DNA of 64,000 bases from a bacterium (GTDB lineage Bacteria > UBP7 > UBA6624 > JBBIMK01): positions 4,592-68,591 of the forward strand of contig JBBIMK010000007.1 of NCBI GenBank assembly GCA_037444445.1, read 5' to 3'. The position numbers and the translations under genes are program-made. The notes beneath the pieces are model-generated. The model searched no databases, was not told where the DNA came from, and saw only the letters and a program-made list of their open reading frames with translations. How positions within the stretch are numbered: position 1 is the first letter of the stretch; the number at the start of each line of letters is the position of its first letter. Positions 36,600-46,469 of this stretch are shown here, piece by piece.

Positions 36600-36722
36600 C
36601 TATCCTCGCAGTCGTTTGAACACATCTCCGATGTTAAAAGCCGGGCTCAACCATACATAAACGGCAACCGCCACAAGAATAAGTAGAATGAGGACTCCTA
36701 ACAGTTTCCAATTTATTTCCAT
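36600..36722 (-). CDS. possible 40-aa single-TM small protein
   Basis: MEINWKLLGVLILLILVAVAVYVWLSPAF... is preceded by a GAGGA RBS. The longer track ORF (36600..36956) overlaps thiD and is probably artefactual upstream of this Met. Confidence 0.3.
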   Translation of the reverse strand: MEINWKLLGVLILLILVAVAVYVWLSPAFNIGDVFKRLRG

Positions 36723-36801
36723 TTTTTCCTCATCCACTAACATTATACTGCCCCGAAAGGGAATCCGGGAAACCACCTCAAATCCTTGAAAAGTCCGGAG
36801 G

Positions 36802-37623
36802 TCAGGACGGAGAAAAGAGAAAGAATCTATCGCCAACGGGGAAGGAGTTCTGAATAGCGTGGGTGATGAAATCCTTCGCCTGCTGAATGGCTTGCAGGAG
36901 CGGGAGATTTTTGGTAATTCCTGAAGTGATAGCCGCAGAGAAAACGCACCCTGCACCGTGAACAGAGCGGTTCAGCACCCGCACTGCCGGAAATTCATAA
37001 AAATTCTTCCCGTCGTAAAGCACATCTATGGCATAGGAGGAGTTGGAAAGATGTCCCCCTTTCACAAGAATATTCCGGGGACCTTTATCTTGAAGTATTC
37101 GGCATGCCTCTTTCACCTCCGCTACGGAACGGATGGATTGTCCAGTAAATGCTTCTGCTTCTGGAATGTTGGGAATGAGAAGGAAAGCCAGTGGGAAAAG
37201 AAATTGAACCAGAAGGGGATGAGCCTGGGGCAGAAGAAGAGGCTCGCCAGTCCCCGCCCGTAAAATCGGGTCCACCACGAATTTTGATAGGCGGTATTTT
37301 CGGATGAGAGCAGACACAACCTCCACAACCTCCGGAGTGTAAAGCATTCCACATTTGGCAGATTCTACTTTCATATGCGTAAGAATAGCATTCAGTTGTT
37401 CAGCCACGAGGTCAGGAGGAACGGGATAGATGCCGTGAACACCGAAAGGGCTCTGAGCGGTAACGGTAGTGAGAACAGACAGGCCGTGAACTCCGAAAGA
37501 AGCGAAAGTTTTTATATCGGCTTGAATGCCTGCGCCTCCAGAAGAATCGCTACCCCCGATGGTAAGCGTTAGAGAAATGTCCCCGGGAGGCTTACGAAAA
37601 GGTTCAGCAGTGGCAAAACTCAT
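36802..37623 (-). CDS. thiD: hydroxymethylpyrimidine/phosphomethylpyrimidine kinase
   Basis: GGSDSSGGAGIQADIKTF... PfkB/ThiD ribokinase-like signature. 273 aa. Confidence 0.85.
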   Translation of the reverse strand: MSFATAEPFRKPPGDISLTLTIGGSDSSGGAGIQADIKTFASFGVHGLSVLTTVTAQSPFGVHGIYPVPPDLVAEQLNAILTHMKVESAKCGMLYTPEVVEVVSALIRKYRLSKFVVDPILRAGTGEPLLLPQAHPLLVQFLFPLAFLLIPNIPEAEAFTGQSIRSVAEVKEACRILQDKGPRNILVKGGHLSNSSYAIDVLYDGKNFYEFPAVRVLNRSVHGAGCVFSAAITSGITKNLPLLQAIQQAKDFITHAIQNSFPVGDRFFLFSPS

Positions 37624-38753
37624 TCAGGAAACAGATGATGTTCCGTAGGCGCAGGTGCTGCAGAAACAGATTCTCCAGCGGGTAATGAAGTTTGGCTGGA
37701 CTCGGATGCAGGCAGGGAGCGAAGGGTATCGAGAGAAGCCCGAATATCTGCCATCAGTCGCTTCATCTCGGAATAGGCGTTAGAAACCATGGTGACGCCT
37801 CTGGCAACGCTGTTTTCCAGCGTTTTCTCCATCTCTTCCGTGCTTCGTTCCATCTGGGAGAGATAACTCTCCAATCTTTCCACATCCACCGAGCGAGAAT
37901 AGTGAAGGTGAAGTTTATAAAGAGCCAGAACATAGGGAATGGTCAGGCTGTAGGGCATTAAAAGAACGCCCTGGCGAAAGGCTTCAATGTGGGCTTTTTT
38001 ACAGGCTGAATAGGCGGAGTCTGGGATGGCGGCGATGGCCGATGGAGTGGTGGTGGCAGGGTCAATGTATTTGACCACCTCTTTCACTTTCTTTAGCACT
38101 TCTTTTTCTATGGCTTCTTCAATCTTCTTTCGCTTTTCGGGGTCCGACTCCTCCGAAAGGGCTTCCAGAAGGGAAGATGCGGTCCACTTGGAATCAATGG
38201 GCAGGCGTCGTTTATTTGGCAGCACAAGAGCGAATTCTACCGGCTTGTTATCCACCCTGAAATCATATTCCACCATCCCCGGGGGTAGCTGTTTAAGGGC
38301 TTCCGCAAGGATATTTTCTCCGGATTCTCCACGGCTTCTGCTGCCAGCAAGAACCGATTCAATACGCTGAGTGGCGCGACGAATTTCTTCCTCTTCTTTT
38401 TTTCTTGCCTCGTATTCCGCTTTTAGCCCGTCTATCACACTTTTTACGCCCTGAATATCTTTCATTAAACTCTCCTTCACGGAGCCCGAGGCCTCCACAA
38501 GTTTGGTTTGAACCCCGGTGAGTGCCTGTTCTAATGAAGTGAGTTTATCCTGAAATCGGGGCTGTTCCTGCGCCAGCCTTTCCACCTGAGATTTCAATGC
38601 TGGAATCTCTTTCAGGGATTCCAGCAATGGCAGTAACAGGGATTCCACAGGAGAAGGACGGGGCTTCCTGAAGAGAAGAAAGAGAATCCATAGAAAAATG
38701 GCACCCACCGCGAAAAACACGGCGAGGATAAGAGCCACATAAGAGTCATTCAT
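37620..38753 (-). CDS. rmuC: DNA recombination protein RmuC family
   Basis: N-terminal TM helix, a long coiled coil, and the conserved RSRGESGENILAEALKQLPPG...VEFALVLPNKRRLPIDSKW region typical of RmuC. Confidence 0.7.
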   Translation of the reverse strand: MNDSYVALILAVFFAVGAIFLWILFLLFRKPRPSPVESLLLPLLESLKEIPALKSQVERLAQEQPRFQDKLTSLEQALTGVQTKLVEASGSVKESLMKDIQGVKSVIDGLKAEYEARKKEEEEIRRATQRIESVLAGSRSRGESGENILAEALKQLPPGMVEYDFRVDNKPVEFALVLPNKRRLPIDSKWTASSLLEALSEESDPEKRKKIEEAIEKEVLKKVKEVVKYIDPATTTPSAIAAIPDSAYSACKKAHIEAFRQGVLLMPYSLTIPYVLALYKLHLHYSRSVDVERLESYLSQMERSTEEMEKTLENSVARGVTMVSNAYSEMKRLMADIRASLDTLRSLPASESSQTSLPAGESVSAAPAPTEHHLFPE

Positions 38754-39076
38754 GCTTTTTCTTTTTTGTGCCTCCCTCTTACAGGTCGCGGTTTTTTGCC
38801 CGAGGAATTGGAACGACCCCTATCAGAAACCGGGAGCAGTTCAAAGGAGTATTTTTCTATCACAGGGTTGGCAAGCAATTTTCTACACATTTCATCCAGT
38901 TGTTTTTCAGCCCTTGTGCGGTCGGGTGCCTTCAATTGAAGGCGTATATATTTCCCTACACGAACCTCCTCAACCCCGGTAAAATTGAGAGTTTTCAGGG
39001 CATTGCGAACCACCTGTCCCTGTGGGTCCAAAACCTCTTCTTTCAATAAAATATAAACCTTCCCTTCAAAGAACAT
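38750..39076 (-). CDS. purS: phosphoribosylformylglycinamidine synthase subunit PurS, with C-terminal basic extension
   Basis: MFFEGKVYILLKEEVLDPQGQVVRNALKTL... is the PurS ferredoxin-like fold. A ~25-aa Lys/Arg-rich tail overlaps the rmuC start. Confidence 0.8.
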   Translation of the reverse strand: MFFEGKVYILLKEEVLDPQGQVVRNALKTLNFTGVEEVRVGKYIRLQLKAPDRTRAEKQLDEMCRKLLANPVIEKYSFELLPVSDRGRSNSSGKKPRPVRGRHKKEKA

Positions 39077-39187
39077 CCGATTCCATTTTACACCCGTAGA
39101 ATAAATTCTACACCCATCAAAATGCGGAATACTGAATCAGTGGGGGATGGATAACCACCCGCTAAAGGGGGATACCGGGAAAAAAGT

Positions 39188-40897
39188 TCAGGGGCGTGAG
39201 TGATGGAGGATTTTGAGGAGTTTGGGAAGGGGATATGAATTGAGGACGGCAGAAGGCTCCAGCCAGGCTCTTCTGGCGGTGTGAACGCCGAAACGAATGA
39301 GGGCAAACTCCCCCGGTGTGTGGGTGTCAGTGCCGATGAAGATAGGGATGCCGAGACGAAATGCTTCCCGTAAATTCACATCATTTAGGTCCAGGCGCAT
39401 GAAGTGAGCATTGAGTTCCAGGAATTTACCATATTCAGCCGCCACCTTCATCACTTGAGTTAAATCCACGGGATAGGGCTCCCGCTTTCCAATTAGCCTG
39501 CCGGTGGGGTGAGCGAATCCGTGAACGAGAGGATGGCGCAGGGCTTGCAAGATTCGGGGAGTGGTGTCCTTCGCACTCCACTGATGGATGCTCACGATTA
39601 CAAAATCCAACTGCCTCAGAATTTCATCGGGGTAATCCAGGGAGCCGTCAGAGTTAATGTCCACCTCGGCTCCCTTCAGGATATGAATTTTGCCGAGGTG
39701 GTTGAGGGCATCCACCTCGGCCCATTGTTTTTTTAAGCGTTCGGGCTCCACACCGTGAGCGTATTTCGCGCCGCCTGAATGGTCTGTCAGCGCCACATAC
39801 TCGTAGTGCAACCCGGCGGCATATTCCGCCACTTCCGCCACGCTCATCGTGCCGTCGGAATAGTTAGAATGCACATGCACATCCCCGCGAATATCTTTCA
39901 TCTCCAGGAGGTGAGGCAGGTGACCTGCCAGGGCGGCTTCCACTTCTCCTGCATCCTCACGAAGCTCCGGCGGGATATAGGGTAAGCCCACTCGCTCATA
40001 GACTTCTTCCTCGGTTCTCACGGGGATGCGTCTGTCCCCCTTCTGGAAGCCATATTCGCTGAGGGATAAACCCCTTTTTTGGGCAAGGGTGCGGACTTTC
40101 ACATTGTGGTCCTTGGAGCCTGTGAAATAAGCCAGGGCAGCTCCGTAAGATTCATCTTCCACGACTCGGAGGTCAACCTGAATGCGTCCCTCCCAGTGGA
40201 TTGTGGCTTTCGTTTCGCCAGCAGCCAGCACTTCACTCACGCCTTTCAGGGCGGTAAATTTTTCCATCACCGACTTTGGGTTTTCCGTCGTAACCAGAAT
40301 ATCAATATCTCCGATGGTTTCTTTCCATCGGCGAAGGGAGCCCGCCACAGCGATTTGCTTCACCCCTTTTGCGGTTTTTAGCTCCGATAAAATATCCTCT
40401 GCAATGGGGAGGGCTTCACCGATGGGAAGCCTCACGCCCGCCTTCTCCAAAAACGCTATGCCTTTTATCATCTTCTCACACTTCTTCTTGCCCATGCCCG
40501 GGAGTTCCGCCAGAGCGCCGGAGTTCAATACCCGCTTAAAATCATCCAGGTTTTTTACGCCCATTTTTTCATACACCAACTTCACAGTCTTGGGTCCCAC
40601 ATCCGGTATCCTCAGAAGGTCGAATAAACCTGACGGAAGGCTATTTACCTCTTCCTCATATTTTCTCATCTTTCCCGTAGCCAGATATTCCTTGATTTTC
40701 TCCGCAATCTCTTTCCCTATGCCTGGAATCTCCTGGAGAGTATCCTCCTGAGCATAGATGGAAATATCCTTCGGCAAATCACCGAGCACTCGTGCCACTT
40801 TCCGGTAGGCGAGGATTTTGAACATATTCTCACCCTTAATTTCCAGAGCATCTGCAATCCGTTGAAACATCTTCGCCAGTGTTTTGTTCATTTCCAA
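39188..40897 (-). CDS. polX: DNA polymerase X family protein with C-terminal PHP domain
   Basis: N-terminal HhH/Pol-beta domains (MFKILAYRKVARVL, GIGKEIAEKI). C-terminal PHP His-rich motifs (HVHSNYSDG...). Confidence 0.9.
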   Translation of the reverse strand: MEMNKTLAKMFQRIADALEIKGENMFKILAYRKVARVLGDLPKDISIYAQEDTLQEIPGIGKEIAEKIKEYLATGKMRKYEEEVNSLPSGLFDLLRIPDVGPKTVKLVYEKMGVKNLDDFKRVLNSGALAELPGMGKKKCEKMIKGIAFLEKAGVRLPIGEALPIAEDILSELKTAKGVKQIAVAGSLRRWKETIGDIDILVTTENPKSVMEKFTALKGVSEVLAAGETKATIHWEGRIQVDLRVVEDESYGAALAYFTGSKDHNVKVRTLAQKRGLSLSEYGFQKGDRRIPVRTEEEVYERVGLPYIPPELREDAGEVEAALAGHLPHLLEMKDIRGDVHVHSNYSDGTMSVAEVAEYAAGLHYEYVALTDHSGGAKYAHGVEPERLKKQWAEVDALNHLGKIHILKGAEVDINSDGSLDYPDEILRQLDFVIVSIHQWSAKDTTPRILQALRHPLVHGFAHPTGRLIGKREPYPVDLTQVMKVAAEYGKFLELNAHFMRLDLNDVNLREAFRLGIPIFIGTDTHTPGEFALIRFGVHTARRAWLEPSAVLNSYPLPKLLKILHHSRP

Positions 40898-40931
40898 CTC
40901 TACCTAACCCATTTATTATTATATCGCTCGG

Positions 40932-40960
40932 TTGACAATTTCAGTCAGAAGAGTTAGAGT
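40932..40960 (+). promoter_or_regulatory. sigma70-type promoter (TTGACA-N17-TAGAGT) upstream of RRM protein gene
   Basis: -35 TTGACA at 40932..40937 and -10 TAGAGT at 40955..40960. A ~125-nt A-rich 5' UTR with small hairpins follows. Confidence 0.45.
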
Positions 40961-41092
40961 GTATGGTGTTGGGCTCAGGGTCGAGCCAGAAAGAGTGAAA
41001 TTTTCGGCTTTCTCCCGTGCCTGCGAGAAAAAAGTGAAAAAAAATGAAAAAAACGGCTGAGGAAGCCGAAAAAAAATTCAAGGAGGGCGAAG

Positions 41093-41401
41093 ATGCCCAG
41101 TAATAAACTGTATGTAGGTAATCTTTCCTACGAGGTGAGTGAACAGGACCTCTCAACACTGTTCAGCAATGCAGGGAGTGTGACTTCTGCGAAGATTATC
41201 ACGGACCGGATGTCCGGGCGATCCAAGGGCTTCGGATTCGTAGAAATGGCAACCGAGGAAGAAGCACAGAAGGCGATAGCCATGTATAATGGTTACGCCC
41301 TGAAAGGGAGGGAGCTGAAAGTCAACGAGGCACGACCCCAGGCACCCCGTGGAGAGTTTAAGCCCCGCTCGGGATTCCGGGGTGGCCGTTCTCGCTTCTA
41401 A
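41093..41401 (+). CDS. RNA-binding protein with RRM domain (glycine/arginine-rich C-terminus)
   Basis: RNP2 KLYVGNLSY and RNP1 KGFGFVEM. C-terminal RGG-like tail. 102 aa. Confidence 0.9.
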   Translation: MPSNKLYVGNLSYEVSEQDLSTLFSNAGSVTSAKIITDRMSGRSKGFGFVEMATEEEAQKAIAMYNGYALKGRELKVNEARPQAPRGEFKPRSGFRGGRSRF

Positions 41402-41417
41402 ACCTCTACACCTCCTG

Positions 41418-41445
41418 AAACATCATCCATCGGATGTTGTTTATC
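41418..41445 (+). terminator. candidate intrinsic terminator after RRM gene
   Basis: Hairpin CATCC-atc-GGATG followed by TTGTTTAT, in the 49-nt gap between the convergent RRM and rlmN genes. Confidence 0.35.
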
Positions 41446-41450
41446 GTGAA

Positions 41451-42557
41451 TTAGCCTCGACAGAGGGGAGGTTTATCTTCCTGTAAGAGCATACATCGGG
41501 GCGTAGTTCCACCGCCCAACTGCCCGCAGGCTCCGTAGATGTCCTGCCCCCGGCTCTGCCGAATATAAGCAGGAAAGCCATGCTCACGAACCGTCTGCGC
41601 AAAAGCCCTTACCCGACTGAAATCGGGACGGCGAAAAGACAACCCGGGGTAGTGATGGAACGGAATCAAATTGATTTTTCCTTTGACGCCCGCTAACACC
41701 CTGCAAAGCTCAATAGCATCCTGGACAGAGTCATTCACCTGACCGAGGAGAACATATTCCAGTAGCAAACGCCCTCCGTGAGGTAAAGGATATCTGCTCA
41801 AGCATTCCACAAGAGCATCCAGGGGATATTTTTTTGCAATGGGCATCAAGGACTCTCGCAAAGCCTGGTGAGGAGCATTGATGGAAACGGCAAGATTCAG
41901 TTCCGGCATATCCTTTTTCATTTGTTGAATGCCTGGAATCACCCCCGCCGTAGAAATGGTGATATTCCGGGCGGAGAAGTTGAATCCCGCATCTGCCCTC
42001 AGAATTTCTACTGCCTTCTTCACCTGTTCATAATTCATCAAGGGCTCACCCATGCCCATAAATACCAGGCGCTGGATCCGGCGGGGTAAAACCGCCCGTT
42101 GAACACTCACCACCTGCTCTACGATTTCTTCCGCTTTTAGATTTCGCTGAAACCCCATCAAGCCCGTGGCGCAGAAAACGCAGGCAAGGGGACAACCTGC
42201 CTGTGATGAAAGGCAAAGCGAATGCCCACCCTTACGAGAAGGCATAAAAACAGTTTCTATCTTTAACCCATCTTCCAGTTGAAATAGAAATTTCTCACTA
42301 CTATCCGTGGATGTCACTCGCTGGATAATTTTCAATGAAACACTCTGGAATCCACCTGCCAATATGGCACGCGAAGGCTTTCCTATCTCTTGTAGACAGA
42401 TAGATTCCGGTTGAAGGTCTCTATACAGGGAATGAAAAATTTTTAAAGCCAGAGAAGCGCTCACTCCCATCACACTCAGATGGCTTTGAAGTTCCAGGAA
42501 ATTTAGTGATTTTAATGCAGGCCGTTCCTGGAAATGAACTTTCATCATCTCCCTCAT
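41451..42557 (-). CDS. rlmN: 23S rRNA (adenine2503-C2)/tRNA methyltransferase, radical SAM
   Basis: Radical SAM motif (CPLACVFCATG), FMGMGEPLMN and the conserved C-terminal Cys. 368 aa. Confidence 0.9.
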   Translation of the reverse strand: MREMMKVHFQERPALKSLNFLELQSHLSVMGVSASLALKIFHSLYRDLQPESICLQEIGKPSRAILAGGFQSVSLKIIQRVTSTDSSEKFLFQLEDGLKIETVFMPSRKGGHSLCLSSQAGCPLACVFCATGLMGFQRNLKAEEIVEQVVSVQRAVLPRRIQRLVFMGMGEPLMNYEQVKKAVEILRADAGFNFSARNITISTAGVIPGIQQMKKDMPELNLAVSINAPHQALRESLMPIAKKYPLDALVECLSRYPLPHGGRLLLEYVLLGQVNDSVQDAIELCRVLAGVKGKINLIPFHHYPGLSFRRPDFSRVRAFAQTVREHGFPAYIRQSRGQDIYGACGQLGGGTTPRCMLLQEDKPPLCRG

Positions 42558-42618
42558 AATTATATGTTATGGGAGGGAACAGGCCCTTCTCGCATTATGA
42601 TATACTTCTATACCAGAG

Positions 42619-45600
42619 ATGGACACGGATTTGGACATCTATGGGTTGTGGCGGGAAGAGAAACGAGATGTAACGGTGGTATTTGCTGATTTATCTGGAT
42701 ATTCCGAGATGACAAGCCGGATGGATGTAGAAGATTTAGCCATGGCATTGAAAGAGACCCATCTGGAGTTATCGGCGATTAGCCATCGCTACGGGGGAAT
42801 GGTCGCAAAGATTATTGGCGATTGTTTAATGGCTTTATACGGGGCTCCCATTTCAAAAGGGGATGAAATTTTACGCGGAATTTTCGCTGCGCTGGAAATG
42901 AAGCAATGGGTTGAAACCCGATGGGGAAAAAAGCAAAAACCCACAGGTATTAAATTTGGTATCAATCATGGGGTCGTCTTCACTGCTTCTCTGAAGGCGG
43001 GTCCCCTCACCGATTTCACCGTATTAGGAGAGGCCGTGAACCTCGCCCATCAACTTCAAGAAATTGCCTCGCCGGGCCAAATCCTCATCCCGGAAACTCT
43101 GGTCAGTAAAGTAGAATCCACTTTTCAAGTCCACTATTGGAAATATATTACCCAGAAGGGAACCGGAAAAAGGGTTCGGGTATATGAAATCGCGGGAATA
43201 AAAAGAGGAGCAGACCAATTTCCTGTTCAGCCTCTCATCGGAAAAAAAATTGAACTCGGTTTTTGCGAATCCATTTTGATGAAAAGCCAGAAGGGAAAGG
43301 GGCAAGTCATCGGGATTCTGGGTGGTGAAGGAACCGGGAAAAGGGTGCTGGCTTCCCATGTGATGAATTCTGCGCGAAAAGCAGGCTTCCGCACCAGCGG
43401 TGTGACAGGCTATCCCTTCCGCAAGACCCTCCCTTTCTGGACCATCTCACAACTTCTGTCAGGGCTTCTGGATGTGCCCACCTTGCAGACGAGCCTTACC
43501 CAGGATGAATATAACCAGGTGTGTAAGGTGGCTTCCCGGACTGAATCCTCTCCTCCAGAACTGCAAGTAAATGCTGAACACAAAGGCATGCTTTTCACAC
43601 TCTCCAAAAAAACCTTGATAATAGTTGCCGGGGACAAACCACTATTTTTAGTGGTCTCAGGCTACCACAACACGGATTCCCTCTCACAAGAATTTCTTAA
43701 CTTTTTCAGTTACAGCCTGCCAAACCTGCCCATCTGCCTCCTGCTGACCTATCAGTCAGGAGTAGAAATCCCTTTTCGTGGCAAAGAATTCTTTTCGGAA
43801 ATAACACTGCGAAACTGGGAGCAAAACGAAGTGATGGAAGCCATAAGGGTTTTCCTCCCGGGCGAGGAACCGAAAGAAGCCTTTGCAACAAAAGTTATGA
43901 GGTTAACCAACGGGAACCCTTCAATGATAAGAAATTTTCTGAGTCAAATGCGTCAGTTTGACCTGAAGATAGAGGAGGTCATGGAAAAAGCAGAAAGCCT
44001 GGACCCGGAGTGGTTGAATGCTACCACGAGACTGGATGAATTATCCCAGAATGCTCGGGAAGTTCTGAACGCCGCCTCGGTGTTACCTCAGGAGTTTTCT
44101 TACCGCTTTCTCCAGAGCATACTTCCGCAAACGCTGGATTTGAGTCAGGTGTTATTAGAACTGTTAGAAAAGGATTTTTTGAAAGAGACTCGTTTTTCAC
44201 CGGAACTTTGTTATTCTTTTCAAAACCAGGCGGTCAAGCGATTCGTGGAAAGCAGGTTATTGAAACATCAACTGAAGACACTTCATCTGGAGTCAGCAAA
44301 AGCGTTACTCAAATTATATCCCGAGAACCTGGAGGACCACTATTACGAGATAGCCTGTCACTATAAAAAGGCTGATGAGCCCGCAAAAGCCATAGAATAT
44401 TTCATAGAGGCTGCAGAGGTAGCCCGGAAAAAATTTGCCATTCGGGAAGCGAAAGAATTGTTTGCCTCCGCCCATTCAGTTCTTAAAACCTCCCGTATCT
44501 CCATTTCCTATTCTCTCCAGAGCCTGTTGTATAGCGGGTGTGCAGAAGTAGATAGAATTCTGGGAAACTTCAAAGAATCCAATGAAGATTACCAGACCCT
44601 CAGAAAACTGGCGCGAGAAAATGGGGACTCTTTCAATGAAATCCGGGCACTTTTGAAGTTAGGGGATAATTTCATGGACAAAGGAGACCTCCCATTGGCG
44701 GAGACGCTTTTTCAACAGGCTGCCGATGCTTGTGGCGAGTCTGACTTCCCTTCCCTCCGTGCCTATGCCCTCACGAAAATCGGTCGGGTACGCTATATGA
44801 AAGGGTTGAAAGAAGGAGTCAAAGACCTCCTTCTGAAGGGTTTAGAACTGGCGACAGGGGCAAACGACCGCCAAACGGAAGCCATGGCTCTGAATTATCT
44901 GGGGCTATATCAGCGCCGTTTTGAATCTGCCGAAGAGGCTTTGCGCACCTTTGAACAGGCCTACCGCATCTATGAAGAAATGCATCACCCCCGAGGCATG
45001 GCAAATACTCTCCTGAATATCGGCATCGCTTATGAACATATTGGTGACCTGGAAAAAGATATGGAAGTCAACCAGAAAGCCTTGAAAATCTCTGAAGACA
45101 TCGGAGATTTGTATACCATCGCTTCCTCATCCCATAATGTCGGCGTGATTCTACTGGATTCTGGAAAGCCCCGGGAGGCTCTTCCCTATCTACTGAAAAG
45201 CCTGGAGATTCAAAAATCTATGGAAGATGTGCTTTCCCAATCCCTTACCCTGTCCAACATAGGTTACTGCTATTATCAGTTAGGAGAACTGGAAAAGGCA
45301 ACCCGAGCACATTCTGAAGGAATAGGACTGGCACGACAGGGAGGCTCTGCCTATTTCGCTCTGGATAATCAAATTGGACTTGCAGATGCCTACACAGCCG
45401 TCGGTCTATACGAAAAGGCAGAAAAAAAACTGGATGAAACTCTGAAAGAGGCTCAAAACCTTCAACAGGTGTTACTCTCTCTTAAGTCCATCCTCTCTCT
45501 GGCAGTATGCCTGATTCTCCAGGGCAAATGGGAAAAGGCAGAAACATTCTTGAATGAGAGAAAAGAGGACTTTGAGTTACAGGTTGAAAAAAAAGACTTG

Positions 45601-45990
45601 ATGTTATACACCCTGTTGAAATCTATTCTTTTTTATGAATATCATCAGAACTCTGAAGAAAGCCGACAGTGGCTTCAACGAGCCTCTCAACTTTCCAAAG
45701 AATCTCAGATTGGATACACACAATGCCAGGCAGGGATTCTCCAGTTTCTATATTTTGAAGAGAACACAATACCACAGGTGAACGCTCTGATAGAGCGGGG
45801 AGAATTCGCTCTGCTGAAGTTAGAAAAACTCACCGCAGAAGTTCAGGTGGCAAAGAGAAAAGAGAAAACTGAACAATACTTTCACCTCCTGCAGGAAGCG
45901 AAATATCTTCTCTACTCCCTCGCAAACAAGATAGAAAATCCCGGCTGGCGGGAAACTTTCATTACTACCCGGTTACGGCGCCTGGAATAA
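42619..45990 (+). CDS. class III adenylate/guanylate cyclase domain fused to STAND/AAA-type NTPase and C-terminal TPR repeats
   Basis: N-terminal CHD domain (VVFADLSGYS...IGDCLMALYGAP). Central P-loop GILGGEGTGKR. The C-terminal ~600 aa carries repeated TPR-like helices. 1123 aa. Confidence 0.85.
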   Translation: MDTDLDIYGLWREEKRDVTVVFADLSGYSEMTSRMDVEDLAMALKETHLELSAISHRYGGMVAKIIGDCLMALYGAPISKGDEILRGIFAALEMKQWVETRWGKKQKPTGIKFGINHGVVFTASLKAGPLTDFTVLGEAVNLAHQLQEIASPGQILIPETLVSKVESTFQVHYWKYITQKGTGKRVRVYEIAGIKRGADQFPVQPLIGKKIELGFCESILMKSQKGKGQVIGILGGEGTGKRVLASHVMNSARKAGFRTSGVTGYPFRKTLPFWTISQLLSGLLDVPTLQTSLTQDEYNQVCKVASRTESSPPELQVNAEHKGMLFTLSKKTLIIVAGDKPLFLVVSGYHNTDSLSQEFLNFFSYSLPNLPICLLLTYQSGVEIPFRGKEFFSEITLRNWEQNEVMEAIRVFLPGEEPKEAFATKVMRLTNGNPSMIRNFLSQMRQFDLKIEEVMEKAESLDPEWLNATTRLDELSQNAREVLNAASVLPQEFSYRFLQSILPQTLDLSQVLLELLEKDFLKETRFSPELCYSFQNQAVKRFVESRLLKHQLKTLHLESAKALLKLYPENLEDHYYEIACHYKKADEPAKAIEYFIEAAEVARKKFAIREAKELFASAHSVLKTSRISISYSLQSLLYSGCAEVDRILGNFKESNEDYQTLRKLARENGDSFNEIRALLKLGDNFMDKGDLPLAETLFQQAADACGESDFPSLRAYALTKIGRVRYMKGLKEGVKDLLLKGLELATGANDRQTEAMALNYLGLYQRRFESAEEALRTFEQAYRIYEEMHHPRGMANTLLNIGIAYEHIGDLEKDMEVNQKALKISEDIGDLYTIASSSHNVGVILLDSGKPREALPYLLKSLEIQKSMEDVLSQSLTLSNIGYCYYQLGELEKATRAHSEGIGLARQGGSAYFALDNQIGLADAYTAVGLYEKAEKKLDETLKEAQNLQQVLLSLKSILSLAVCLILQGKWEKAETFLNERKEDFELQVEKKDLMLYTLLKSILFYEYHQNSEESRQWLQRASQLSKESQIGYTQCQAGILQFLYFEENTIPQVNALIERGEFALLKLEKLTAEVQVAKRKEKTEQYFHLLQEAKYLLYSLANKIENPGWRETFITTRLRRLE

Positions 45991-46014
45991 CCCTGAAGAT
46001 TGTTATTCCTTCTA

Positions 46015-46329
46015 TCAAGTTATCAGCAAATAAGTGCTCAGGGTGCCCTCGTGCTGTCCGCCGGAATAATGCTGTAAAGTGACTACATACTGACCCTTCG
46101 CTAATGCAGGAGGTTTACAGGTGACGGTGAGCGTGAACCCATCCTGAGTGCAGGTTCCGATGCTGACTGCGTCCTGTCCGTCAAATCGGATGCCGGTGAT
46201 GGGACACACCTTCTCATCCGTATTGAGGGAAACGGTGATTTTCAGCGGATTTGAGATGCTCCTGCTACCCCCATAAATGGCGGGAGCCCCATCCAGCGCC
46301 GGGCATATAGATACAGTTTGATAGCCCAT
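46015..46329 (-). CDS. small Cys/His-containing hypothetical protein, paralog B of tandem pair
   Basis: 104 aa with a GAGGAGG RBS. About 60% identical to the upstream paralog. Shared motifs CPALDGA, NPLKIT(V/I)SLN, VCPIT, AVSIGxCTQ and HYSGGQHEGT. Confidence 0.6.
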   Translation of the reverse strand: MGYQTVSICPALDGAPAIYGGSRSISNPLKITVSLNTDEKVCPITGIRFDGQDAVSIGTCTQDGFTLTVTCKPPALAKGQYVVTLQHYSGGQHEGTLSTYLLIT

Positions 46330-46469
46330 TTTCTATACCTCCTCTTCCATATTTCTGCAAACTTTTCAGGCTTCAAATACGGACCGCAAGAGATTTCCTC
46401 TACCCCGCTTGAAGTTGCCTCCCGCTCTCATCGGTATTTTTCATCCTCCTGCGGAACTTTTCAGCTCCG

